Assembly: GCA_951406725.2 (NCBI GenBank)
Contig: OX597834.1
Location: 1,922,001 to 1,986,000, forward strand
From: Octopus vulgaris
Taxonomy: Eukaryota
Length of the DNA: 64,000 nt
Direction: 5' to 3'
The position numbers and the translations under genes were made by a program. This document shows positions 41,536-53,176 of this stretch, one piece after another. The notes under the pieces were generated by a model. The model had not been told where the DNA came from. It ran no database searches and saw only the letters and a program-made list of their open reading frames with translations. Positions within the stretch are counted from its first letter, which is position 1; every line of letters starts with the position of its first letter.

Positions 41536-41830
41536 ACACAGGATTAATATGGACAACTGCTTCCAAATCTCCGGCTCCTTTATCCAGATTATAAATTCAC
41601 ATTTATACCAATAATAATTGGTGAACTTGGATTTGTAAGTAAATGTCTAACTGTTAGTCGGGATAGTTTTGAATTTTCAGAAAAAGAAATCATCCGACTC
41701 GGCACATTACAAACACAACTTGTAAATGGAACAATAAAAATATGCAAGACTCTTTTCAGATTTAAAATTGTTTTCGTTATCTACGGAAACCGGTTCGTTC
41801 TTCAAAGGAAGGATTTAAATAATTAAAAAC
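41536..41830 (+). mobile_element. R4-like RLE LINE 3' fragment
   Basis: YGQLLPNLRLLYPDYKFTFIPIIIGELGFVSKCL..NGTIKICKTLFRF, immediately after the (TACA)n array. Confidence 0.7.
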
Positions 41831-42039
41831 AGAAAATAACGTATATGGTGAATGCTCCATCGTCACAGACGATTGCCGTCTCACTGAACTTACTGGTTGT
41901 TAGCGGCATTTCTGACCTTCCGTCCATGACCTCTCAGATGACTATTCAGTTCTGCTGCAGTTTTGCATAAGTGACAAACGAAAGTCGCAACTTCCCCTAG
42001 ATTGATCGGATTACTTTCTGTAAGACATGATCCCTGTGA

Positions 42040-43185
42040 ACTTACACGCTTCCTCCACTCAGCTCTTCCCAGTTTTTTTCAGTCTTTCAGGTCGTCTTTA
42101 GTGCAACTTTTGTCTCTTTTGCGTAGTTTGTGTTGAGGTCCCTTTCCGGAGAACAGCTCACTGCAGAATAGCCGCATTGCTATTAGCTTTCATACGCACA
42201 ACATGGCCTGCCCAACCTATCTGAGTAGATGTGATGAGTGGCTGGATGTTTGTGCATCCTGCCTTAGTAAGGACTTCAGTGCCAGGTGCTTTACTTTGCC
42301 ACTTGATGTTGAGTACGTATCTCAAAAACATTTCTGACGAAAACGATCAAACAACTTGAGATGCCTCCGGTGTTCTGTCCATGTTTCAGAAGAGTACAAT
42401 AGAGCAGTCAGTACGCAAGCCTTATAAACGCTCAAGCTGGTCTTCTTGATAATGCTGTGATTTCTTCCAGACTCTCTTTTCAAGCTTCCCAAATGCTACA
42501 GATGTTTTCTGAATGCATTTATGTATTTCTGGTTTCAGGGAGCCTTCTCTCGACAACACGCTACTCAAATAAACAAAGGAGTCAATTACACCAAATCTTG
42601 TACTCTATCCTACGATGTCTGGTTTTTAAATATTTGGTGCAATTATGAACATTACCCTGTTTTTCTTTAGTTTTTTTTTTTATTTTGTTTCTCGGACTTA
42701 TTTTAAGGCCAAAGGTCCTAAGTTGAGCAGCAAAACGATTCATAATTTGTTGCATGCCATCATCAGTGTGAGCCAGGAAGTCAGCGTAATCTGCATAAGG
42801 AAGTTCCTTGAACGAATTTTTAAACATTGAAGACTCTTCCAGGAATTCTGAACGGCAGAAGGACGCCATTATCCCAGTTGTAGAAAGCAGAACAGCAAAG
42901 AATATGGAAGAAAGCGTGGGAGCAGGAATATCGCCTTGTTTTACCCTATTATCAATCTTTCTGTTAAGATGCTCTGAGTCTTCATGTCTCGGTTTCTGTT
43001 GCTTGAATGAATTGACAAACAATGGTGGACACCCGACCTCTCCAGGGATTGTCCACAGGGGGGGGGGCGTCTCTGTTGATTCTATCAAAGGCTTTCTTTG
43101 AATCCGCAAAGACTTGATATAAAGTCATCTGCTGTTCAATGCATTTCGCTTTTGTGTGTCTAGCAAAGAATATCAAAGAATTGTT
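42040..43185 (-). mobile_element. RTE-clade LINE RT fragment
   Basis: IFFAR..KCIEQQMTLYQVFADSKKAFDRINRD, VKQGDIPAPTLSSIFFAVLL, YADYADFLAH, VYKACVLTALLYSSETWT; frameshifts and internal deletion. Confidence 0.9.
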
Positions 43186-43204
43186 CCTCCATCTGATCTA
43201 AAGA

Positions 43205-43460
43205 CAGCCATCCAGCCAGCCAGCCAGCCAGCCAACCAGCCAGCCAGCCAACCAGCCAGCCAGCCGGCCAGCCAGCCAGCTAGCCAGCCAGCCAGCCGGC
43301 CAGCCATCCAACTAGTCAGCCAGTCACCCAACAAACCAGCCATCCAACCAAACAGCCAACCAGCCAGCCAGCCAGACAGACACCAGCCAGCCATCCAACC
43401 AACTAGCCAGCCAGTCACCCAACTAACCAGTCAGCCAGTCAGACAGACAGACAGACAGGC
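43205..43460. repeat. (CAGC)n degenerate microsatellite
   Basis: Direct reading. Confidence 0.95.
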
Positions 43461-43534
43461 ATAATAGCAAGGAGCAATACAGGAGAGAGAAGAAAAGAAA
43501 TTGTAAAATGAGAAAATCTATTGAATTGGATGAC

Positions 43535-43587
<53 letters not shown>

Positions 43588-43949
43588 AGGCATAAAGCAA
43601 GTGAAGAAGGACTCAAAAGAAAGTGATGGGTCCCTCTTAATGATTCATTTTCTAATCTATTTGGCTCCTCAGATAAATTCATTCATGTCTTTCCATTTTT
43701 TAAAAATTCATTTTAATCCTTTCTAATATATATATATAAATATATATATATATTTATATATATATAAATATATATATGAGATGCAGCACAAAGTCTTGTC
43801 AGGGAACAGGTCGTGGTCTCAAAGCGACGAAAATATTTTGACAAATTAAATTTAAATGTTGAAGTGAATCTAACGGTTTTGTGTTTCTTAAATGGCTTAT
43901 AAACACCTTCCACGTTGCAATTATATATATATATATATATAATTTTTTT

Positions 43950-44336
43950 TTTTACTTGTTTCAGTCATTCGACTGTGGCCATGCTGGAGCACCGCCTTTA
44001 GTCAAGCAAATCGACCCCGGGACTTATTCTTTGTAAGCCCAGTACTTATTCTATCGGTCTCTTTTGCCGAACCGCTAAGTGACGGGGACGTAAACACACC
44101 AGCATTGGTTGTCAAGCAATGCTAGGGGGACAAACACAGACACACAAACACACACATACATATATATACATATATACGACAGGCTTCTTTCAGTTTCCGC
44201 CTACCAAATCCACTCACAAGGCATTGGTCGGCCCGGGGCTATAGCAGAAGACACTTGCCCAAGATGCCACGCAGTGGGACTGAACCCGGAACCATGTGGT
44301 TGGTTAGCAAGCTACTTACCACACAGCCACTCCTGC

Positions 44337-44339
<3 letters not shown>
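43950..44339 (-). mobile_element. SINE family A, full-length young copy (tRNA head, central microsatellite, tail 1)
   Basis: Head ggcgcaggagtggctgtgtggtaag..ggttcagtccc (A/B boxes), cttgggcaagtgtcttct, tail cttagcggttcggcaaaagagaccgatagaataagtac..ccagcatggcc..gactgaaacaagtaaaa. Confidence 0.92.
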
Positions 44340-44382
<43 letters not shown>

Positions 44383-44820
44383 TATTTATTTACTAAAGAA
44401 CTCGAAATAAATTCCATAGCGAATTAAAATCACGACTATTGATGTTAGCATTACTGACCGCACAAACTCAACATTTGTGCTTTGCTTGTTTGTCGGGTTC
44501 CCTGCGACAGAGCGCGTGGGGATGACTCCCGTATCCTCGTGTCTCATCGTTTTCGTAGCTCTGATCTTTTTCCACAACTTTTCTTTGTTGCTTTTGAAAT
44601 TTGAATAAATCTTCCCTCCTTTGCAGACATGGTATAATGGAATATCAAGTAACAGAAAAAAAGAAAGAAGGAATTTAAGGACATTCATGAGAAAACCATT
44701 TATTTCTTTGTCATTTTATTTCCTTATATTTGTGTGTGTGTGTGTGTGTGTGTTTGTGCAAGCCATCTGAGAGTCCATAAACCAGGAAAAAAAGCATTCA
44801 TATATCTGTCAATAGAGTGG

Positions 44821-45090
44821 GTGCATTACTCGAAGTGTACAGTATTATATATTCATTACGGCCAATCCTATCAATCGGGTTCGCACTGGGGCTTCAACAG
44901 GGTGTTAGGTAATAGTCCGATTACGTAACCCTGCATTCTTCAGTCACCATATTTCATTCCATAACAGCTACCCCTGAAGAGTACACGGTGAGATAATCAG
45001 ACTGTTACATAACACTCCGTTGAACCTCTAGTGCAAAACTGATTGGTAATATCGGCCGTAATGTATATATAATATAGTACACTTCAGTTA

Positions 45091-45096
<6 letters not shown>
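44821..45096. repeat. fold-back/MITE-like element, ~125-bp diverged arms
   Basis: gaagtgtac..cattacggcc..ttcaac..tcttcag mirrored by ctgaaga..gttgaa..ggccgtaatg..gtacacttc. Confidence 0.8.
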
Positions 45097-45164
<68 letters not shown>

Positions 45165-45204
45165 ACACATACGTACGTATGTATGTGTGTATGTATATAT
45201 ATGT

Positions 45205-45732
45205 CAGGTCACTTTCAAGTGCTACTGGTAACATGTAACCCAGTACAACCTGTTGCATGGTCGGGTCGTCGGCAACTAAACCGGCAACCCCACCAAGCTT
45301 GCTTGGTGAGGAGGGTGTTTATTGGACACCCTGCGGGATGAAAAACAAAACCCGTCAAAGGATGGAGGAACTCTTGAGAGTCAACGGCCATCCAATAAAT
45401 GTCTTAAGGCTGTATCAAGCGCGGGGACATAGAAATAATCGGACTGAATACCTGATCGCGCGGTTAATCCACTGTTAGGGCATCCTTCTAGGAGAAGGCA
45501 ACTCAGGAAACTGGGATAACTCCGACATAAAACCTGCGGCTCAGTGGTTACCGATGATGTTGACTTGTTCTTCTTTTCAGATTATGGCTGCTGTTGCTTA
45601 GTGAGTGGGATTGACTCAGTGCACAGCCTTTCCTCAATTTAAAAAAAAATCTTCTTTCACAGGCATTGCACAATAACAACATTGATTAAGCTTTGTGCAA
45701 TGGCCATACTTGATAACGAGGGGGCAGCCACC
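45205..45732 (+). mobile_element. non-coding RTE-related element (5'UTR-like)
   Basis: Contains gggcatccttctaggagaaggcaactc, resembling the RTE 5'UTR motif; flanked by (TATG)-type repeats; no ORF. Confidence 0.5.
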
Positions 45733-46250
45733 ATGTATGTATGTATGGCAGGCTTCTTTCAGCTTCCATTGACCAAATTCACCTGCAAGACTTTTGTCAG
45801 CCAGGGCTTATAAGTAGAAGACACTTGCCCATGGTATCATAGAGCAGGACTGAACTTACAACCATGTGGTTGGGAAGCAGTATTCTTAACCACCCACCCA
45901 CACCTGCCCCTAATCACCCTGCGGTCTCAATTATAAGCTCTCTTCTGTGTATAATGCTTTGGAGTGTTTCTTATGTAACAAACTTCACAAACTTTTCTCT
46001 GTGTAAAGATGATGTGGTGCCGAAATTAATGGTCGGAAGTGGGCAGAAAGTGTTTGGATCTATTCTATGGTAAGAATTTAAAGAATGTCTGCCTCTCAGA
46101 CATTCTGAGGAATGCAACTCACTCAGATAATGTTGTCAACTGTTGAGAAATGAATTCTTTGTTCAAGTCAAACGCAATAATAATAATAACAACAACAACA
46201 AAAAGGAAAAACACCATATTGGAATGTGTCAGAGTAGACTGGGCAATTGT

Positions 46251-46282
<32 letters not shown>

Positions 46283-46285
46283 TTG

Positions 46286-46317
<32 letters not shown>

Positions 46318-46689
46318 GGTGGTGTTTTTGTTAGTTGTAGCAGGGTGACACTAGTGCTGATGATAAGGTCGGGTGGTGGGGAGGACAGGAGAAGGGTTAG
46401 GTGATCACCATGGTGATGACAGTTATACAGTAATTATAAATTCCATCATTTTCCCAAGAAAGAGAAACAAGAGGAAAAAGAGAGAAAGGGAGAGAGGAGG
46501 GGAGAGAGATCTAATATAGACTGAATAATTAAGATATATTTAACTAACTCTGTTAATTAAATGTTAATAGAGTAATCGTTATTATTATTCAGACTACCAC
46601 TTATTGCCTTTCCATATCCAAATGTACACAAACATGTTAAACTAGACTGTGCATAAATATATCAACATTATTATTATTATTAATATTAT

Positions 46690-46830
46690 TATTCTAATAT
46701 TCTTTCAATTTTGTTTCCATTTCCTGCCGAGCGTCTTCCCAACGCCTAGGGCAAAGAAACTTGCTGTATACATTGATAAGCCATTAAAATAAACACACCA
46801 GATCGTTCATTTACAATGTCATGTGATAGA
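46690..46830 (-). mobile_element. R4/Dong-like 3'UTR copy
   Basis: Reverse-complement match to ~20430-20560; abuts (TTA)n. Confidence 0.7.
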
Positions 46831-47248
46831 AAAAAGGGAAGAAAGAAGAAAAAAAAGGAAAAATTTATCATTGTTGAGACAGTGAGGTGGCAGAGTGGTT
46901 AGCACACTGGGCGAAATGCTTAGTAGCATTTTGTCTGTCTTTACGTTCTGAGTTCAAATTCCGCCAAGATCGACTTTGCCTTTCATCCTTTCAGGGTCAA
47001 TAAATTAAGTACCAGTTGAGCACTGGGGTCAATGTAATTGACTAGCCTTATCCCCCCCTTATATTTCAGGCCTTGTGCCTAGAGTAGAAAGGATTATGGC
47101 TGTGTAGGAAGAAGCTTGCTTCTCAACTACTTGGTTCCGGATTCAGTCCCACTGCACGTCACCTTGGGCAAGTGTCTTCTACTATAGCCTTGGGCCGACC
47201 AAAGCCTGGTGAGTGAATTTGGTAGATGGAAACTGAAAGAAGCTCATC

Positions 47249-47295
<47 letters not shown>

Positions 47296-47302
<7 letters not shown>

Positions 47303-47532
47303 GGCATTATTACACATAAATGCCTCACACTAAGAGGGACTAAGTCATTACTACCAAAATTATACTAATCATACCCAAATGCAGTTTTTCAAAGCAAGAC
47401 ATTTAAAAAAAATTCATTTTTTGAAATGTCTTGCTTTGAAAAACTGCATTTGGGTATGATTAGTATAATTTTGGTAGTAATGACTTAGTCCCTCTTAGTG
47501 TGAGGCATTTATGTGTAATAATGCCCTCTATA
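47296..47532. repeat. near-perfect palindrome, 109-bp arms, 19-bp spacer
   Basis: 47296-47404 is the reverse complement of 47424-47532, with no mismatch seen by eye. Confidence 0.92.
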
Positions 47533-47792
47533 CAATATAGATATAATTAATTTGTTCAAAAGAAAAAAATTATTTTCGAATTCTTTTCTTTTATGAGGTT
47601 TTCACGCTAACTACCCGATAATTTCTTGTTAAGATTCCTTATTAAGAGGTTATCCTTAATTGTTAAACTTATATATATATATATATATATATATAACGGG
47701 AAGCTTTACGAAAATAAACAAAAGATGAAGGTAGGTGGAGTACAAACAAACAATTGTATCAGTATGGCGCTCAGGAATAGAAATAAAACAAG

Positions 47793-47830
47793 TCTTTTAC
47801 GTTTCGAGCCTACGCTCTTCGACAGAAAGA
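47793..47830 (-). ncRNA. hammerhead-like motif in a solo pLTR (47690-47885)
   Basis: UCUUU CUGUCGA A GAGC-GUAG-GCUC GAA ACGU A AAAGA; host module nearly identical to 33700-33900. Confidence 0.75.
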
Positions 47831-48120
47831 TACACAGAAAAGAAACAAGGAGAGAAAAAAAATGCGTGTAGGAGCTAACGATTCAGTATGTATGTTTATA
47901 TGTATTTATCTATTTGTGTGTCTGTGTTTGTCCCCTCACCATCTGATGTTGGTGTGTTTACATTCCCATAACTTAGCAGTTCAACAAAAGAAACCGATAG
48001 AATAAGTACTAGGCTTACAAAGAATAAGTCTGGGGTTGATTTCTTCAACTAAACGAGGTGCTCCAACATGGCCACAGTAAGAATGACTGAAAGAAGTAAA
48101 AGAATTAAATAAAAGAAAAA

Positions 48121-48198
<78 letters not shown>

Positions 48199-49107
48199 GT
48201 TATTATTGTTGTTGTTACCATCTTGAAAAAGCACCCTCCAGCCAGTGATTTGTCTGTTTACTTACCTTTCGTATATATTCTGTTCCCAACCAAACACTTC
48301 CACCTCAGTCACACCTGACAAGGTAATACTAATATGGTAAGCCATAGGGTGAGGATATTTGCTGATACTTTGTAGATCTGCATTCAATCTCATTAAGTAA
48401 CACCTTGGACCTCAATTAACCCAAACGTTGAGAGTAAAATTGGAAGTCCAACAGAGGTACCTTTCACCTGGTCATGATTAATAGATTTAATCTACAAAAC
48501 CAATTTAACCCCACATCCCAACCTTTACATATCTTTATCAAAGTCCATTCAAGTGGTAATCCTTTTTCCCTCCAGTTGAATCCCTGCTTTTTCAGTTCTG
48601 CTTCTGTGCCCCACCCCATGAGTCTCCCTGAGGAAAGGCCTTCTTCTCCCAGGTCTTGTTGGTTTTGAATTATCATTGATGCTGCCAATACTTGCATTCT
48701 TTCTACACAGGATCAGCCTATCAACTTCCCCTTGCATGCAAGTCACCCAATCTCCACACCACAGAGGTTTATCCAAGAGAATGGCCTCTGATGTGGACCA
48801 ATTACAACTTGGCACCAGTTTTGTCTCAGATGTTGCTGTCAGAACTCAAAGCACCAGGCAGATGCCACAAGACATCATACCCAAACCTGTGACAGTTCTG
48901 CCAATCCAGGGCCCGAGACTGGCTCTTTATTTATTGGTATGAAAATGGGAGTGGGCCTCAGGAGGAATTGAACCCAGAGTGCAGAGAACAGGAACAAATA
49001 CTGGAAGGCATTCTTTCTAAACACTTTAATCACTGTTGCAGACTTGCCAACATTGGGTATGGGCATGTGTGTGTATAAACTCATTCACACACATACACAG
49101 TAATACA

Positions 49108-49175
<68 letters not shown>

Positions 49176-49484
49176 TGTATGTATGTATGCGTGTTTGTTT
49201 ATATACATATATATATGTGTGTGTGTGTGTATATATTTGTCTTACAAGTACTTGATGACCCTGTCAGTGCAGGTGCCACTTCAAAGCACCCAGTCCACCC
49301 TGTTGGGTGGTTGGCGTTTGGAAGGGCATCCAGCTGTAAAAAATCCTGCCAAAGTTGTTACAGAAGTCTGGTGCAGGCTTCTGCCTTAACTGTTCTTGTC
49401 AAACCATTCCACCCATGCCGGAATGGAAGGCAGAGATTAAATGATGATGATGATGATGATGATGATATATATATATATATATAT

Positions 49485-49670
49485 ATCTGTAATATAATAT
49501 GTGACAATTATTTGGTTGTCATAATAAAACTCCCAGTTTCAGATGTTGGGGTGGAGTTTAATTATGGCAACTGAATAATTGAATAATTGTCACATATTAT
49601 ATTTATAGATGAATTCCTCTATTTACATAATATTGAGGTCTCATTCATTCTTTTGCTGTCATACCATTAC
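49485..49670. repeat. short fold-back module next to (TA)n
   Basis: aatataatatgtgacaattatt..aaactcc mirrored by ggagttt..aataattgtcacatattatatt. Confidence 0.75.
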
Positions 49671-49677
49671 TATTAAT

Positions 49678-49770
<93 letters not shown>

Positions 49771-50409
49771 TAGATAGATAGATAGATACACACACATATA
49801 TAATCTTCTCTCCTCTTCACCACCACTAACTACCACCAGCATTTTTATGTCACAACTCAGACCCCAATAGGATAAATGTATAAAAATGTTTACTTTTTTA
49901 AGAATCATATGTAGGCAGGCAGAAGTGTTGCTTCCCAACCACGTGGTTCCAGGTTCAGTCCCACAGCGTGGTACCTTGAACAAGTGTCTTCTGCTATAGC
50001 CTCAGGCTGACCAAAGTCTTGTGAGTGGATTTGGTAACCAGTTTGACAGGGCTTGGCAAGTTAGAAGAGTGCACAAAGCTCTGCTGTCTGCTTTTGCTGG
50101 GTTTCTGCGGCTGGTTGTCCTTCCCAATGTCAACTTCTTCACAGAATGCCTTTTACGTGATACCATCACTAGTGAGGTCAAGACCCCCCCACCACTCGAC
50201 TGATGGGGGAGGACAGAATGGACGAAGATGGCTTTGTACCAGGTGATGAGGAGTTAAAGTATGAATAGAGGGACAAGAGTAGGGGACTTGCAGTAAATGG
50301 CTACCTCAGTAGAGGAGGGGTTTGGGGGAAGAAGAGAGGGGAGAGATGGGGAGAAAAGAGAGGGAGGGAGGGAGGGCGGACAGAGAAGGGGAGGGAGAAA
50401 TATAGGTGG

Positions 50410-50750
50410 AGGCGTGGCTGTGCAGGTAAGAAATTTGCTTCCCAACCACATGGTTCCTGGTTCTGTCCCATTGCCTGGCACCTTGCTCAAGTGTCTTCTA
50501 TTATATTAGCTTCTTGCTGACCAAAGCCTTGTGAGTGGATTTGGTAAATGGAAACTGAAAGAAGCCTGTTGTGTGTTTGCGTTTGTCCCCAACCATCCCC
50601 TGACAACCGGTGTTGTGTTCACATCCCTGTCACTTAACAGTTGGACTTAATAAAAAAAACTACTGGGGGTCAATTCGTTCAACTAAAATTTAAGGCGGTG
50701 CCCCAGCCTGGCCATAGTCTAACGACTGGCGCAAATAAAAGATAAAAGAT
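50410..50750 (+). mobile_element. SINE family A, near full length
   Basis: ggcgtggctgtgcaggtaag head through to gcggtgccccagcctggcc..aaaagataaaag tail. Confidence 0.88.
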
Positions 50751-51184
50751 ACGTTGTCTAGATATGGATTATCATTTTTATCCTTCAAAATTTAAACCAG
50801 GATTATTTCAAGTTTTACAGAAACATCCTCTTGAAATTCTTTTTATCATTCCTTTCGAAACGTTTTCTCCGTGTTTTCAATTTAACCGATGACCAGGTTA
50901 CATCGATTTCAAAGCATAAAAATATATTTTGTTAGCATTTGAAATGTATTCAGGAAGTGAATGCGCATTACTTTCATTATTTGACTCGTTTTTGTTTTGG
51001 TTTTCTGCAAAATCAGGAGCAAAGTGTGTGAATGAGTATCGTTACTGTTTATTTTAAATACAAGCAAATATCTTCATTGTTTCTATTAAATACGGAGTAC
51101 CAGATGAATGAGAGTCTTGCCGAAGGTCGAGACGACTCCTCATCAGTGCGGTTAAACAGTTATCTCCCTTTATTCGTTTGGGGG

Positions 51185-52320
51185 GTTCTCCTCTTCCTAC
51201 TTCTCACTCCCCTCTAACTCTCTCTTGTAATAACCCTCTTTCTTTGTCTCTTTTTTTCCTCTTCCTCTCGCACCTTCACATTTGATTTTTCTTTCTCTCT
51301 AATTTCCTCTTTTTCGAAATCTTTCTCCCACTCGTTCTTTTCTCTGTCTACCTATCTATCTGTCTAGCTCTCTTTCTCTATGCATCTATCTGTCTGTCTC
51401 TTCCCTCTAATTTATTTCTTTAATCCCGTTCTTTCTCCATTTAGCCCCCCTAGCCTCCATTTATTCCTCTTTCTATCCCCCTCACCACACCCCCTTTCTT
51501 TAGTGTGTGTCTCTCCACTTTCTCTCTCTATATCTTTATACCATCTCTCTCCCCTTTCAGTTACATCCCTCTCTACTCTCCTCCTAAATCTCCCCCTCTT
51601 TCTCTTTATCCATCACTCCCATCTTTAATTTATTCCCCTCTCTATTGTACTCCTCCCTTATCTTTCTCTTTACCTCTACTCATGTATCTATCTATCTCCC
51701 ACCCTGTCTATCCTTTTCTCGTTCTCTTCAACCCCCCCACTCTTCTTTATCGTCTCACCCTTACCTCCTTTCTAGCTCTCTACTCTACTCCGTTTATAAC
51801 TCTTTCTCTCCTTTATTCAATCTATCTATCTATTTTCCCCCTCTCGTTATCTTACTCTTGTTCTCTTTAACCCCACTCCTCTTCATAATTTTCTCGCTAT
51901 CCCTCCCTTATATTCCTCTATTCTACTCCCTCTATCTATCTACCTATCTACATTTCCTACTTCCTTTATGTTTCTCTCGTTCTTATTCCCTCAACCTCTC
52001 ACTCCCCTTGTTTATCACAACATATATTGCTCTACTCTTTCTAGCTCTCCCTCTCTATCTCTACCTATCTATTTCCCCCTCCTTATATCTGTCTAACTCA
52101 CTCCCTCTCTCTCTCTCTTTCTCCTCTAGGTATCTATCTACCTATCCATTTCCCACTACCTTTCTCTATCTTGCTCTCGTTCTCCTCAAACCTCACTCTC
52201 CCAACTTCCCCCGTCTATGTCTCTACTCTTTCTCCTCTCCCTCCAACACCATATCACCTCCTACCGACACCACCCTCCTACCACCACGCTACACACTCAA
52301 TTCGCCATTTTGACTGACCC
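51185..52320. repeat. ~1.1-kb pyrimidine-rich low-complexity tract
   Basis: C/T-dominated plus strand with very few G; no long perfect period. Confidence 0.9.
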
Positions 52321-53099
52321 TGCTTGATTCTTGTTGGTTTTCCTCTCCCAGGTATGTCTGTCTTTACCACGAAACATCTACCATCTGCCCCTCGTTGTCA
52401 ACCCGTTTCGCACCTTACCTTTGGCCCTTACCTATCTCTCCACCTGGCTAAACACTCACAATCTCCCAATGAAGCCAGCAAACCTCAAACAACCATCGAA
52501 TGGACAGCCTGCTCTCCCTCTCTTCCTCCATGTTTACTTTATTTTCTATTCAACAAACGCGTCATCGTTTCGTTGATGTCCACCTCTCTCTCTCTCCACT
52601 ATCCACTGTCTATATATCTATATACACTCACTCACACACATATATATATACACACACATATATACATACACACACACACTTCATTATATATGTATACTGT
52701 TCATATACTGTATGTGTATATATGTATGTATATAGTGTGAAGATGATATGTGTACCAGCTATAGATTATATATATGTGTGTATATGTATATATGTGTGTG
52801 TATATATATGTATGTATATAGTGTGAAGACATTTGTATGTGTACCAACTCTCTCTCTCTCTCTCTCTCTCTCCATATATATATACATATATGTATATATA
52901 TATATATATATACATATATAGATATTGTGTGTGTGTATTGAAGCCTACTCTATATGTAATGTGTTTATTCAACATCCCATTTAATGTATGTTTCATATTT
53001 CTGCTCTTCACTGATCGCATATTTTAAAAATTATTACATTATACAAAAATTGACGTATATATATTTTATATATAACTATTGAAGGTCTGCGTATATCCT

Positions 53100-53176
<77 letters not shown>

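Larger units (their letters stand above)
47096..48105 (+). mobile_element. SINE family A split by nested insertions
   Basis: Head 47096-47250 and tail 47915-48105 surround a palindrome and a Penelope pLTR. Confidence 0.8.

Noticed and set aside
40293-41614. Longest ORFs (300-420 aa, HTYI/MYVC repeats) and similar YIYI, THSL, CVCV ORFs elsewhere
   Set aside because: Stop-free readings of microsatellites, open in several frames on both strands.
48400-48830. Faint CR1-like C-terminal similarity on the minus strand
   Set aside because: Too degraded to support a call.
51095-51145. SECIS-like or hammerhead-like reading of the hairpin (CTGATGAG on the minus strand)
   Set aside because: No correctly placed UGAN/NGAN quartet, and no GAAA after the stem.
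51380-52313. Hydrophobic Leu/Ser/Pro/Phe ORFs resembling membrane proteins
   Set aside because: A consequence of the CT-rich composition.
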